From Bdellovibrionota bacterium (lineage in GTDB: Bacteria; Bdellovibrionota_C; UBA2361; JBGSMV01), in the NCBI GenBank assembly GCA_041739995.1, contig JBGSMV010000066.1, forward strand, positions 1 through 24,830: DNA of 24,830 nucleotides, read 5' to 3'. Numbering within the stretch: the first letter of the stretch is position 1; each line of letters opens with the position of its first letter. The position numbers and the translations under genes were made by a program. The notes under the pieces were generated by a model, which saw nothing but the letters and a program-made list of their open reading frames with translations, had not been told where the DNA came from and did no database searches. Shown one piece after another: positions 8,460 through 17,891 of this stretch.

Positions 8460-9404
8460 CTAGCGCCTTAGGTCCGCAAGGGATTGAAGTGCAATCGTGG
8501 TCGCCATAGAGACCGCTTCTCTCCACCCTTCGGCAAACGTGTCGCGACGTCGATTCGCGATGCCAACACAAATGGCGCCACCCCTTGCGCCTATGCCGGC
8601 TAGAAAATGCAGCAGAAAGCTTGCCTCCATCTCCATATTCTCAACTTTAAGACCATCGATGCCGGTCTCAAGTTCAGCAAAAGCAGCGTCAATGTCGGGC
8701 ACGCTCAGTGGCACTGAAGAAATATTTCTGCCTTGATTCGCGAAAAAGCCGCTGTTGGAAACCGTCACCCCTCGGCGAGTTGGCAGCCCAGACGCTTGCG
8801 CGTGAACAAATAGCCTTTCAGTGAGGTCTGGATCGGCACGCGAAACGTACGGGACAATTGCCCTGGTGAATCGACTCCCTTCCCGCATTGTTTGCGACAA
8901 GACCGTGGCTGCTCGTCGCTCGAGCTCTTGCGCCATGGCGTCCGGACACGTCACCTCATAGAAAAGTCCTGTGTTATCGAGTCCAACAGCGTAATCGGTG
9001 ACAATCAAAGCACCAAGGGGAGTTTCGTCCTGCAAGGCTCCTGAAGTACCCACTCGAATGACATGTAAGCGCTCAGGTGCAAGCTTTGGCTCTCGGGTGC
9101 ACAGGTCAATTGCGTTGAGCGCATACAGCTCATTAAGCACAATCTCAAGCGAAGGGGTCCCCATGCCGGAGGTAACTACTGATACACGCTGCCCAGTGAG
9201 GCGAGCCCGTCCAGTAATGCTCACAAGACCTCGATGTTCAGCCCGATGTTCAATCGAATCAAAATGGTCTTTTGCAATCTGATCTGCGCGACCCGGATCG
9301 CCGACCAGTAAAATATCAGGGGCAAGTTCATCAGCGGCAAGCGCAAGGTGATAGATGCGCCCATCAAATACTGGAAGATCCGAATTGGATAACCCTGACC
9401 TCAT
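8460..9404 (-). CDS. Nucleoside phosphorylase (uridine phosphorylase-like, PNP_UDP_1)
   Basis: IYHL, LLVGDPGRA, SGMGTPS, IRVGTSGAL, FFANQGR and NMEMEAS motifs. ATGA overlap with the upstream gene. Confidence 0.88.
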   Translation of the reverse strand: MRSGLSNSDLPVFDGRIYHLALAADELAPDILLVGDPGRADQIAKDHFDSIEHRAEHRGLVSITGRARLTGQRVSVVTSGMGTPSLEIVLNELYALNAIDLCTREPKLAPERLHVIRVGTSGALQDETPLGALIVTDYAVGLDNTGLFYEVTCPDAMAQELERRAATVLSQTMREGSRFTRAIVPYVSRADPDLTERLFVHAQASGLPTRRGVTVSNSGFFANQGRNISSVPLSVPDIDAAFAELETGIDGLKVENMEMEASFLLHFLAGIGARGGAICVGIANRRRDTFAEGWREAVSMATTIALQSLADLRR

Positions 9405-10426
9405 GGCTTAGCCTCTACCTGTAAACTCTGATCGCGTAACTGAGTAAGATTCACTCCCGCTTTAAGCAGCACAATCGTTCCGTACACCACAAAGAACACA
9501 TACTGCAGCAGATGGTTCACGATTGAGTATGCCACAGCCTGCTGCTCTGAGAGTCCGAAAAGTTGAAACCCAGCGATAGTGGCGACTTGATACACTCCGA
9601 TAAAACCGGGTGCACTCGGGGCAGCGACGGCGAGCGCCACGATAACCGCCACAGTAATGGCGACCACCACGTTCCCCGCATCCCCGAAAAGCCAGAAGTA
9701 CGCCAAGAACTGCAGAAAACAAGAGCCCCAAATGGCGAGTGAAAGCCCGATTGTAATGACGAGGCGTCCACCGTGGCGCAGTACCGCAGCACCATCAAGA
9801 AACTCGCCGAGAAACTTTTCGCCCGCTTTTGCTAGACCGCTTGGAAGGAACCTAAAAAACCATGCAGCAATTCGCTGAATAAATCCGGGGAACAATGTCG
9901 CCACCGTCATAGCCGCAAAGATTCCGCCTGCAAGCACCGATAATGCTACCGCTCCGCCGTGTACCCAATCAGGCATCGAGGGGATATAGGCAGCAACGAC
10001 AGCAAAACTGCCAAGCACCACAGCGAGATCAAAAAATCTCTCTACAATGACGGAAACAAATCCGGTTGAGAACGAGTACTTACTAAAGCGAGTGAGCATG
10101 AAGGGACGAATAATTTCCCCGGCTCGCAGAGGCAGCAAGAATGTGGCGAGACACCCCACAATCAGACTGTCAAAAAGGTGCTGTAAACTAACGGGCTGAG
10201 TCCCCGGCAACAGATAGCGCCAGCGTAGTGCTCTCAGATAAAAGTGCCCGACCAGTATCGCGACGCAGGGAATTACCGCCCACCACTCAAATCGTGAGAG
10301 CTCATCCCCGACCCCATTCCAATCGATGGCGAGAAACATCCAAAGCAGCAGCCCGACACTGACCGCCAGCCCGAATAACGAATGAAAGCGCCGAGATGAC
10401 AACACCGATTTGAGTCCAGAACCCAC
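9401..10426 (-). CDS. Lysylphosphatidylglycerol synthase TM-domain / flippase-like membrane protein
   Basis: Multi-TM protein with LRALRWRYLL, LLPLRAGEIIR, VIVERFFD and PSAPGFIG motifs. Confidence 0.85.
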   Translation of the reverse strand: MGSGLKSVLSSRRFHSLFGLAVSVGLLLWMFLAIDWNGVGDELSRFEWWAVIPCVAILVGHFYLRALRWRYLLPGTQPVSLQHLFDSLIVGCLATFLLPLRAGEIIRPFMLTRFSKYSFSTGFVSVIVERFFDLAVVLGSFAVVAAYIPSMPDWVHGGAVALSVLAGGIFAAMTVATLFPGFIQRIAAWFFRFLPSGLAKAGEKFLGEFLDGAAVLRHGGRLVITIGLSLAIWGSCFLQFLAYFWLFGDAGNVVVAITVAVIVALAVAAPSAPGFIGVYQVATIAGFQLFGLSEQQAVAYSIVNHLLQYVFFVVYGTIVLLKAGVNLTQLRDQSLQVEAKP

Positions 10427-10482
10427 GTAAATCCTTACGAGATAAGGGAGTTAATTGCTTGGCGAAATAGCTACGTCTGCCG

Positions 10483-10538
10483 ATGCCTTGGGCTCCATGC
10501 CTTGGACCCTATGCCTCGCACCCTATGCCATGGACTGG
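10483..10538. repeat. Intergenic imperfect tandem repeat, 4 x 14 bp
   Basis: ATGCCTTGGGCTCC / ATGCCTTGGACCCT / ATGCCTCGCACCCT / ATGCCATGGACTGG. Confidence 0.75.
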
Positions 10539-10819
10539 GCCTACGGGGAAAGTTCCCAATTATATTACCCATCCAGCCCTGCCCCTGCTGACCCTCTGCG
10601 CGCGTACCAGTTCAGGACAAACGCCGCTGCTCGACGGTTTTAAGCGCCAAACGCCCTATTTCGACCCTCTCTGAGGTAGAAAAGAAAGCCTGCCATTCCA
10701 TTTGTGCATATCGGGCCGATTTGTTAGTGATCTCGGCAGTGTAGACATACGGCAGGAAATCTCTAGCGATTCGGCAGCATGTTGCATCACAAGAACCTAC
10801 TTTGAAGGGAATACCCAAC

Positions 10820-11599
10820 ATGAAATTTACGTCTTTTTTAGGAAGTCTCCTCTGCGGCGCGTTTCTATTGAGCGCTGCGGTCGTTCACGCTGAAGTCAGC
10901 GACAAACAATTTGAAGACATGATGAAGAAATTCCTCGACAGCAACACGGGGAAAGAAGCTATTGGCAAAGCTGCCGAAGGCTACTTCATGGAGAAGCAGC
11001 AAGAGGCTGCCAAAGCTCGCCAACAGCAAGAGGACCAGACGTTAGAGTCGCAATTCACGAATCCAGTGACGATCGAACTTGGCAGCAGCCCGATTAAAGG
11101 CCCTGCAGGTGCGAAGATCACCATCGTTGAGTTCTCTGATTTTGAGTGTCCGTTCTGTAAGCGCGGCAGAGACATCATGCAACAAGTCATGAAGATGTAC
11201 CCCAATGATGTTCGGATCGCGTTTAAACACTTACCACTCGACTTCCATGCCAACGCAGAGCCTGCTTCACGTGCCGCAATCGCCGCGGGGAATCAGGGAA
11301 AGTTCTGGGAAATGTACAATGCGCTGTTCGACAACCAAGCCAAGCTTAAGGATGGCGACGCTCTGTTCGATGCTCAAGCTAAAGCGTTGGGTTTGAATAT
11401 GGAGAAGTTCAAGGCGGACATGAATTCAGCAGAAACCAAGAAGATCATAGCGGATGACAAGGAAATTGCCTCGAAAAACGGCATCCAAGGAACTCCCGCC
11501 TTCTTCGTTAACGGTATCGGCGTGCGTGGCGCCTATCCTCCTGAGCATTTCAAGAAGATCATTGATCGACTTCTTGAAGGTAAGAAGAGTGCCGCCTAA
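10820..11599 (+). CDS. Secreted DsbA-family thiol-disulfide oxidoreductase (Thioredoxin_4 type)
   Basis: Signal peptide ending VHA; IVEFSDFECPFC (CxxC), FKHLPL and GIQGTPAFFVNG (cis-Pro). ATG 10820 follows GAAGGGA. Confidence 0.92.
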   Translation: MKFTSFLGSLLCGAFLLSAAVVHAEVSDKQFEDMMKKFLDSNTGKEAIGKAAEGYFMEKQQEAAKARQQQEDQTLESQFTNPVTIELGSSPIKGPAGAKITIVEFSDFECPFCKRGRDIMQQVMKMYPNDVRIAFKHLPLDFHANAEPASRAAIAAGNQGKFWEMYNALFDNQAKLKDGDALFDAQAKALGLNMEKFKADMNSAETKKIIADDKEIASKNGIQGTPAFFVNGIGVRGAYPPEHFKKIIDRLLEGKKSAA

Positions 11600-11607
11600 C
11601 GGCATTC

Positions 11608-11650
11608 ATGCGGGGAGTGAGAACCTCACTCCCCGCATTTAACTTTCTTT
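11608..11650 (+). terminator. Intrinsic terminator-like hairpin after the DsbA gene
   Basis: Perfect 14-bp stem ATGCGGGGAGTGAG/CTCACTCCCCGCAT, 3-nt loop, followed by TTAACTTTCTTT. Confidence 0.75.
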
Positions 11651-11677
11651 TCACAACTTTATTTAACTGGAGCCCTT

Positions 11678-12322
11678 ATGATTTCTGCGTTCCGTATGCG
11701 TTGTCTTTCATTGATCACGTGTGTTGTTGCGGTATCATTCTTGGTCTCGGTTGGGGTGTCTGCGGTTTCAGCGCAGTCAACTGTAAAGGCACCTGCACAA
11801 GGAAAAAAAACAGCCATGTCTGAAGCAGTACACGTAATCATTTCCACCTCTATGGGAGATATCGAAGTTGAACTTGACGGAGCCAAGGCACCGATCAGCA
11901 CCGAGAACTTTCTCGCCTACGTAGATGATAACTTCTATGATGGGACTATCTTCCACCGCGTAATTCCGAACTTCATGATTCAAGGCGGTGGCATGAACCC
12001 TGACATGAGCCAAAAAACTACAAAGGCTCAGATAAAGAACGAGGCCGCCAATGGACTGAAGAACTCCCGCGGCACTCTGGCGATGGCTCGCACTAATGTT
12101 CCGGACAGCGCCTCCAGTCAGTTCTTTATCAACCATGCCGACAATGCGTTCCTCGACTTCCGTGACCCTTCACCTCAGGGAATTGGATACGCGGTGTTCG
12201 GAAAGGTAACCGCTGGCATGGATGTAGTTGACAAGATCGCGGCCGTTAAGACGACTCGTTCTGGCCCACATGCAGATGTGCCTGAGACTCCGGTCATGAT
12301 CAACTCGATTACGCGAAAATAA
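11678..12322 (+). CDS. ppiA: Cyclophilin-type peptidyl-prolyl cis-trans isomerase with signal peptide
   Basis: [37 protein letters not shown] and GYAVFGKV motifs. GGAG SD and hydrophobic N-terminus. Confidence 0.93.
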   Translation: MISAFRMRCLSLITCVVAVSFLVSVGVSAVSAQSTVKAPAQGKKTAMSEAVHVIISTSMGDIEVELDGAKAPISTENFLAYVDDNFYDGTIFHRVIPNFMIQGGGMNPDMSQKTTKAQIKNEAANGLKNSRGTLAMARTNVPDSASSQFFINHADNAFLDFRDPSPQGIGYAVFGKVTAGMDVVDKIAAVKTTRSGPHADVPETPVMINSITRK

Positions 12323-12329
12323 GCGTCCT

Positions 12330-12379
12330 CGCGACAGGTCTCCTTGTGCTGAACATTTCGGCACAAGGGCCTGGTCGCG
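12330..12379 (+). other. Long intergenic hairpin (REP-like or processing stem)
   Basis: CGCGAC..CCTTGTGCTGAA-CAT-TTCGGCACAAGG..GTCGCG, with no following U-tract. Confidence 0.55.
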
Positions 12380-12398
12380 TATCGCGCCCCCTCGTTCC

Positions 12399-12851
12399 AT
12401 GAATGGGAATCCCAAGAACTCCAATTTCCTAACCCCTCCTCAGCAAGCTTGGGTTGTACGCGGCAACGATTTGTCTTTTGAAGCAGCAGCTCATGAGGAT
12501 CCAAAAAATCCAGGAAGCTTAAAGAAGGTACTCGCTCGCCGCGACGACCTGCCCGCTGGACGCGTTCAGATGGTCAATTTTGCACTCCTTCCAGTTGGCA
12601 AAAGTTTTCGAGAGCACCTGCATGAGGACATGCTCGAAGTCTTCGTCATTACCACCGGCTCAGTAGAGGTTCAGACAAACGACCAGTCCCCGCTCGGCCT
12701 TCGCGCCGGCGACGCCTGGTTTGTGCCCGCGGGCGTGCGCCACAAGATGCGAAACATCGGCTCCCAGGATGTGCAGTTCGTGGTCTTTGGCATTAGCGCT
12801 GAGGCTGGGGGGAAGACGATCATCACCTCCGTCTCTCCCTCAGCCATTTAA
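12399..12851 (+). CDS. Cupin domain protein
   Basis: Cupin metal motifs EHLHEDMLEVFVITTG and GDAWFVPAGVRHKMRN. Confidence 0.85.
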   Translation: MNGNPKNSNFLTPPQQAWVVRGNDLSFEAAAHEDPKNPGSLKKVLARRDDLPAGRVQMVNFALLPVGKSFREHLHEDMLEVFVITTGSVEVQTNDQSPLGLRAGDAWFVPAGVRHKMRNIGSQDVQFVVFGISAEAGGKTIITSVSPSAI

Positions 12852-13008
12852 TCGTTAATAATTCAGGTAGTTAGAGGTGAGCACTCCTCTAACCAATACG
12901 CACATAACATTCCCAAGTAGCTGATTTGAGTTACCGATTCTTCCTGCGCTCAGCAGCACTGCTCGGAACAGTGGCTCGCACGTCTGACTTACTGGGTTAG
13001 ATTATTTC

Positions 13009-13839
13009 ATGCACACTCAAGTCGCCACCAAAAGACAGTCGTCCCCGCCAAGAGAAATCAACCGTGAATCCTACCTGGCACTTCGTTCAAGCTGGCAAAA
13101 TGAACTTCTCGAAAACGCAAGCGCTCCCGAAAACGCCAAGAGAGCCGAAGTGGTCGCCAAGGCATTCGAAACTGAAGTGGCTTCGGCAAAATGCCTTGGG
13201 TATCACGGCTGTTCCATTCGCGCGCTGATTAGCGGAATCAAGACCGGCTACCTTCCTTCTGGACTCGATAAACTCGCTGGTCTTTTTTATGTAGCGCCCT
13301 CGCCATATATAGACTCTTCCCTCCAATTCGCGGCCAAACGCTCCTCTAGAAGTGCGATACAGGATGCCTCTGGCTATGCTTTCGGAAATACCTCGCGCGA
13401 TCTTGTGGCAGGACTACTCGGTCGCCCGTATGGAGATCCGCTCGCAAGTAAGTTGTGGAACTCCTACAATGACGACGCCGTTCGAGATATGGGGCCACTT
13501 TTAAAAGAAGCCAATCTCACTCTTCAAGAGTTAGATGCAGTAATTCAACAGGCGGAAGGACGAGTTCATCGTGGAAGAGGAGGGTCTAGTGAGTCCGATC
13601 GAAGGCAGGGCGTCGTTCTGGCACTCTCTCTCGATATTCAGGATAGTCCTCTTACAGTCGGGAAGGGAGACTTTGATGACCTAAAGATTGTCGCTCCGGA
13701 AGGCATTCAATTTGGGCATCTCGTAGCCGTCGAACCACTTGGTGATTTCGAATATGAAGTTTTAGTGGCCCTTCAAAAGCGCGTCCTCTCAGTACATCCA
13801 AACAAAGCGCTTGAAGCGCTTACACCCGTCCCTCGATAG
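13009..13839 (+). CDS. Hypothetical protein, possible ADP-ribosyltransferase (H-Y clade) fold
   Basis: 276-aa ORF. The pattern YHGCS..I..G..GLFYVAP..ASGYA resembles PARP-like ART strands; the function call is tentative. Confidence 0.6.
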   Translation: MHTQVATKRQSSPPREINRESYLALRSSWQNELLENASAPENAKRAEVVAKAFETEVASAKCLGYHGCSIRALISGIKTGYLPSGLDKLAGLFYVAPSPYIDSSLQFAAKRSSRSAIQDASGYAFGNTSRDLVAGLLGRPYGDPLASKLWNSYNDDAVRDMGPLLKEANLTLQELDAVIQQAEGRVHRGRGGSSESDRRQGVVLALSLDIQDSPLTVGKGDFDDLKIVAPEGIQFGHLVAVEPLGDFEYEVLVALQKRVLSVHPNKALEALTPVPR

Positions 13840-15046
13840 TGACCGTCGCATAACCCACTTCATGCAGCTCCTTGAGCTTCAGTAGGACTTCGTCTGGAAT
13901 ACGAGTACCACCACTGCCAGTGAATGCTCGGGTTACTATTTCCCGATACCGTCTAAACGCCTTCTGCGCAGTCTCGGTCCCTGGCACCTCACGAATAGCC
14001 TGCTCCAAAAACATCTCTGGAAGCTCGTTTATAAAGAAAAACGGTAGTTCGCTATAGGCTAGGCCCAACAAATAAAGCGCATGCCCGCGCTCGCCTTGCG
14101 TAAGATTTGCGGGATTCTCAAGCATACGGTGCAAGATGCCGGTCGCTCGCAATAACTCAACTGTACCTACGCGAGGCGCAATTGGATCGCCTGCCCCGAT
14201 GCCCTGGCGCACCAAATTTTCAGCCTTGGCAAGATCTGGGATCTTAGCCGTTCGACTCTCGCTCTTCCAGCGCCTCAAAGACACTATCCAGGACTGCACT
14301 TCATCACGATCAAAGTTCTTCAGTTGGGCACTCCCCACTATCTTGGTGAGCTCCGTCAGAGCAACATCTGGATCGGGCTGCACCCGCGTATAGACCAACA
14401 ACCAGTTTCGAAGTGCGTCCATTCGGGAATCGTCGCCATCAGGGCTTTCAATAGCTTCTTTAAAAGCGGCTTCAGCAAGATCAAACTGTCGCGTCGCGAG
14501 CAAAAATTCTCCACGTTCAAATGGTGTGAGTCCTTCGAGATCAAGCGAATCATCCGAGAACTGCATCGGCACTTCGTGACGGGTATGACAAGAGACGCAA
14601 TAACTAGAAACAGTTCTTAGACGCCACAACGCGTATCCCGCCTTGCCTTCGTCAAAGCGATGTTTCGCGTCACCAAGCATTTCACTTATATTTTGCAACG
14701 TTGCTGCAAACCCGGGCTCCTTAGAAAGAGAAACATGTTGGTTCTCGACCGAATGAAAAGTGCTGGTCAACTCCTCGATTAATTTGCGAATACGGTCCGC
14801 GTTTTGACTATCAACAAAACGTTCTCGCGATACCATCAGTTTCTGAAGTTCGCGGAAAGCAGCATAGGCGCGATGCATGTTGGGTCGAACGATCTCTGAA
14901 GACTCTCTGTGCGCAGCTTCCGCTATAATGCCCGATTCCTTCGTTTCGCTGATTGCGATCGTCGGAAAATGGCAAAAGGCCATGGCACCCACAGCGATGT
15001 TTAAGAACAATGACCGAAATGCCCATGAGTTTGTATTCATCATCAA
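13820..15046 (-). CDS. Secreted c-type cytochrome (single CxxCH) with TPR-like repeats
   Basis: Signal-like N-terminus, helical region ending CVSCH, TPR-like segments ERGEFLLATRQFDLAEAAF and ALYLLGLAY. Confidence 0.7.
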   Translation of the reverse strand: MMMNTNSWAFRSLFLNIAVGAMAFCHFPTIAISETKESGIIAEAAHRESSEIVRPNMHRAYAAFRELQKLMVSRERFVDSQNADRIRKLIEELTSTFHSVENQHVSLSKEPGFAATLQNISEMLGDAKHRFDEGKAGYALWRLRTVSSYCVSCHTRHEVPMQFSDDSLDLEGLTPFERGEFLLATRQFDLAEAAFKEAIESPDGDDSRMDALRNWLLVYTRVQPDPDVALTELTKIVGSAQLKNFDRDEVQSWIVSLRRWKSESRTAKIPDLAKAENLVRQGIGAGDPIAPRVGTVELLRATGILHRMLENPANLTQGERGHALYLLGLAYSELPFFFINELPEMFLEQAIREVPGTETAQKAFRRYREIVTRAFTGSGGTRIPDEVLLKLKELHEVGYATVTIEGRV

Positions 15047-15336
15047 CCCCTAAAAGTGCGCCTTCGCGGTCAATCGACAACGCTCAACAAAAGCGCCGCT
15101 GAAAATCCCGCGGTTCAGGAGACCGTCGCTTGCTGACTTTACGACAGTCCCTACAATCGCTCAAATGCGGGTGTTGGTGCGCCCCGGGAGTGAATGTTGA
15201 GTATTCTAGTCAACCGTCAACCCAAGTGGTCTCTTATCTACTGAGGGGCTATTAAGGGAGTTGGCTAGTGCTAATGTACCAAGGGCCCCACGTGACTAGG
15301 GCCATGTGTTGGGCAGGTGGAATAAAAGGAATGCTA

Positions 15337-16467
15337 ATGAAAAAGGGAGCTTTTGGCATAATCGTGAGTGGCGGGCCTGCCCCCGGAATCAACTCGGTTA
15401 TTAGCTCGGTGGTAATCGAGGCCTCCAACCGTGGTTTCCCAGTAAAGGGACTAAGAGACGGTTTCGCGGCACTTTCTAAAAATCATTCCGACGCAGTCCT
15501 AAATCTCGAAATAGATCAGGTCTCTGCGATCGCAAATACAGGGGGCTCTCTGCTGGGCACCTCTCGATATAATCCGTTTCAATCCGAGACTACTCGAACC
15601 GCATTCCTTAGAGGCTTACACGAGCAAGGAATCGATAAGCTAGTGGTCATCGGCGGCGAAGGGAGCGCTTACTTAAGTCACCAGGCCTGCCTTGCGGCGC
15701 CCGAGCTAAAGGTCATTCACGTACCAAAAACCATCGATAACGATTTGTTCCTTCCGAATCATCACCCCAGTTTTGGATTTGAGACTGCGCGCTACGCCGG
15801 CACTAAGATCCTCGACACTTTAATGGTCGACGCGCGCACTACGAAACGCTGGTTCTTAGTGACGAGCATGGGTCGCAAGGCAGGTTTTCTCGCCCTCGGT
15901 CTTGGCATTGCTTCAGGCGCAACTTCAACTTTGATTCCGGAGGAGTTCTCTCCTGGCACCGCTCCTCAAAAGGTCGCGGAAATCATATGCAATACCATGC
16001 AACGCCGCGTCACGATGGGGCGCGATTGGGGGCTTGTGGTGATCGCAGAAGGATTGATTGACCTACTTGATTCAAAGGGCAGCGATTTGCTCAAGGGCTG
16101 CCCTCGAGACGAGCTTGGCCGCATCATGTATTCACAAGTTGAATTGGGTGACGTCATTCTCCCCGAACTTCGAAAGTGTTGCACAAAACTGGGGCATTAT
16201 CCCAAGATTAACACTAAAAATATCGGCTACGAGCTACGCTGTCACCCGCCAGTATCGTTTGATATTGAGTATACGAAATTTCTCGGTTTTGGCGCGGTTC
16301 GACACCTGTGCGAAGGAAAGAGCGACGGCATGATCACTAAAGACTTCGATCGTCTCGGATTTCTTCCACTTGCCGACTTGGTTATGCCTGATGGATCGAT
16401 GAAGTCGCGTCGAGTAGACCTCGAATCAGATATTTATAAAGTGGCCCGCACCTTCATGATTCGGTAG
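15337..16467 (+). CDS. 6-phosphofructokinase (PfkA family)
   Basis: SGGPAPGINSVI, GGSLLGTSR, IGGEGS, PKTIDND, FGFETA, MGRKAG, IAEG and IGYELR motifs. AAAGGA SD lies 6 nt before ATG 15337. Confidence 0.92.
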   Translation: MKKGAFGIIVSGGPAPGINSVISSVVIEASNRGFPVKGLRDGFAALSKNHSDAVLNLEIDQVSAIANTGGSLLGTSRYNPFQSETTRTAFLRGLHEQGIDKLVVIGGEGSAYLSHQACLAAPELKVIHVPKTIDNDLFLPNHHPSFGFETARYAGTKILDTLMVDARTTKRWFLVTSMGRKAGFLALGLGIASGATSTLIPEEFSPGTAPQKVAEIICNTMQRRVTMGRDWGLVVIAEGLIDLLDSKGSDLLKGCPRDELGRIMYSQVELGDVILPELRKCCTKLGHYPKINTKNIGYELRCHPPVSFDIEYTKFLGFGAVRHLCEGKSDGMITKDFDRLGFLPLADLVMPDGSMKSRRVDLESDIYKVARTFMIR

Positions 16468-16909
16468 GTTCTTCGCCATCAATAAGCTCTATATCGCGTA
16501 CAATTTTCGCGCCACGAATCGCCTCCACCTCAAGTTCGATGAGAAGTCGCGGGTCAACCAGCTTTGCAACCTGCACGATAGCGCTGGCTGGACGCACTTT
16601 CTCAAAGGCGTCACGATGTGCGCGCGCATAGTCCTTCCACAATCCCATATTGGTGACGTACAGACGAGTACGCACCACATCATGTATGGTAAATCCCGCA
16701 GAGTTTAGAATGTGCCTGATCTTGTTGAGGATCGTCTTGGTCTGAATATATGCGTCGCCTATGCCAATTACGCCGCCATTGTTCGCCAACGCGGTGGTAC
16801 CAGAAATCATGAGATGATCACCAACCAACACGGCCCGGGAAAATCCTCTAAGTGGCTCGAATGGCGACTTAGTGGCGTAGTTAATCCGTTCGACTTCTTG
16901 CTCTTTCAT
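16454..16909 (-). CDS. RidA/YjgF-family protein
   Basis: GFSRAV, ISGTT, DVVRTRLY, RPASAIVQVAKLVDPRLLIELEVEA. Confidence 0.9.
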   Translation of the reverse strand: MKEQEVERINYATKSPFEPLRGFSRAVLVGDHLMISGTTALANNGGVIGIGDAYIQTKTILNKIRHILNSAGFTIHDVVRTRLYVTNMGLWKDYARAHRDAFEKVRPASAIVQVAKLVDPRLLIELEVEAIRGAKIVRDIELIDGEEPTES

Positions 16910-16980
16910 TCGCCTGTCCTTCTATCCCCACATGTCGAATCAACCCAACTCGGCTGATTGCAGCACACGTGGCTCACTAC

Positions 16981-17391
16981 CTATGTAATTCGATGCTTGG
17001 CTCCGAGTGCCTGCGAAACTTTCTCAATGAGCACCTGTGCGGTGAATGGCTTGGAAATATAGTCCGTAACCCCAGACTTCACCGCCTCTTGCACGCTCTC
17101 ACGGTATGCTTCAGCGGTGAGCATCAGAAACGGAATCTCCTTAAGCTCTGGGTCGGCTCGAACCGCCCTTAATACTTCAATGCCTGACATAATCGGCATG
17201 TTCCAATCACAGATCACCAGTGCGACGTTCTCGGTGTTAAGCCTTTCGAGCGCCTTCTTTCCATCTTCCGCAGCGTACACATTCATAAACCCATGCTGCT
17301 TAAGAATCGAGCGGATCATGTCGCGCGTCATCGCGTAGTCGTCGACCACAAGAATGGAAATGCTCTTATCGATCGAATCGATAGCGCTCAT
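16981..17391 (-). CDS. cheY: CheY-like single-domain response regulator
   Basis: ILVVDD, ICDWNMP, FLMLTAE and YISKPFT; DWNMP and TAE are typical of CheY. Confidence 0.85.
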   Translation of the reverse strand: MSAIDSIDKSISILVVDDYAMTRDMIRSILKQHGFMNVYAAEDGKKALERLNTENVALVICDWNMPIMSGIEVLRAVRADPELKEIPFLMLTAEAYRESVQEAVKSGVTDYISKPFTAQVLIEKVSQALGAKHRIT

Positions 17392-17445
17392 AGGAATACC
17401 ATCTCTCGGGGGCTACGCCCCAAAAAAAACCGATAGCGGGGTAAT

Positions 17446-17865
17446 TTATACATCGTAGAGGAACCTGATAGTGGCCTCAATCTCGGGATGTAAAGAATGG
17501 TGCACCGGGCAGGTCTGGGCCACTCGCTCATATTTTCTGCGCTGATCTTGATCGAGTGCCTGGGGCAGATGCAAGACTATCGGGAGAGCTGCAATTCGGC
17601 GAGGCCCCGCCCCGCCAGGCGACATCGTTTTTTCAACCTCTACATGAGAGCCCGCAAGATCAACTCCTTCTCGCTCGGCGACGATAGAAACCACCGTCAA
17701 GGTGCATGACCCTAGAGCGGCTCCCACCAGGTCAGTCGGCGAAAAGAGTGTACCTTCGCCATTATTATCCTTAGGCGCATCGGTCCGGATCAGGGCACCC
17801 GACGGCTCGTGTGAAAGCTCCATCTTCTTGTTACCCAGATAGCGAACGGACATCTTTGTGGACAT
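17446..17865 (-). CDS. OsmC/Ohr-family protein
   Basis: TDAPKDNNGEG..FSPTDL..ALGSC and CPVHHSL, giving the two conserved Cys. Confidence 0.9.
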   Translation of the reverse strand: MSTKMSVRYLGNKKMELSHEPSGALIRTDAPKDNNGEGTLFSPTDLVGAALGSCTLTVVSIVAEREGVDLAGSHVEVEKTMSPGGAGPRRIAALPIVLHLPQALDQDQRRKYERVAQTCPVHHSLHPEIEATIRFLYDV

Positions 17866-17891
17866 AAACAGCTATCCCTTAAGACCAATAT

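Noticed and set aside
10483..10538. Possible CRISPR array
   Set aside because: Units are 14 bp, contiguous with no spacers, and no cas genes are present.
10772..10786. Sigma-54-like CGGCAGCATGTTGCA upstream of the DsbA gene
   Set aside because: GG-GC spacing is 9 rather than the required 10.
17408..17430. GGGGC-TAC-GCCCC hairpin with A8 as a terminator
   Set aside because: The U-tract precedes rather than follows the stem on the transcribed minus strand.
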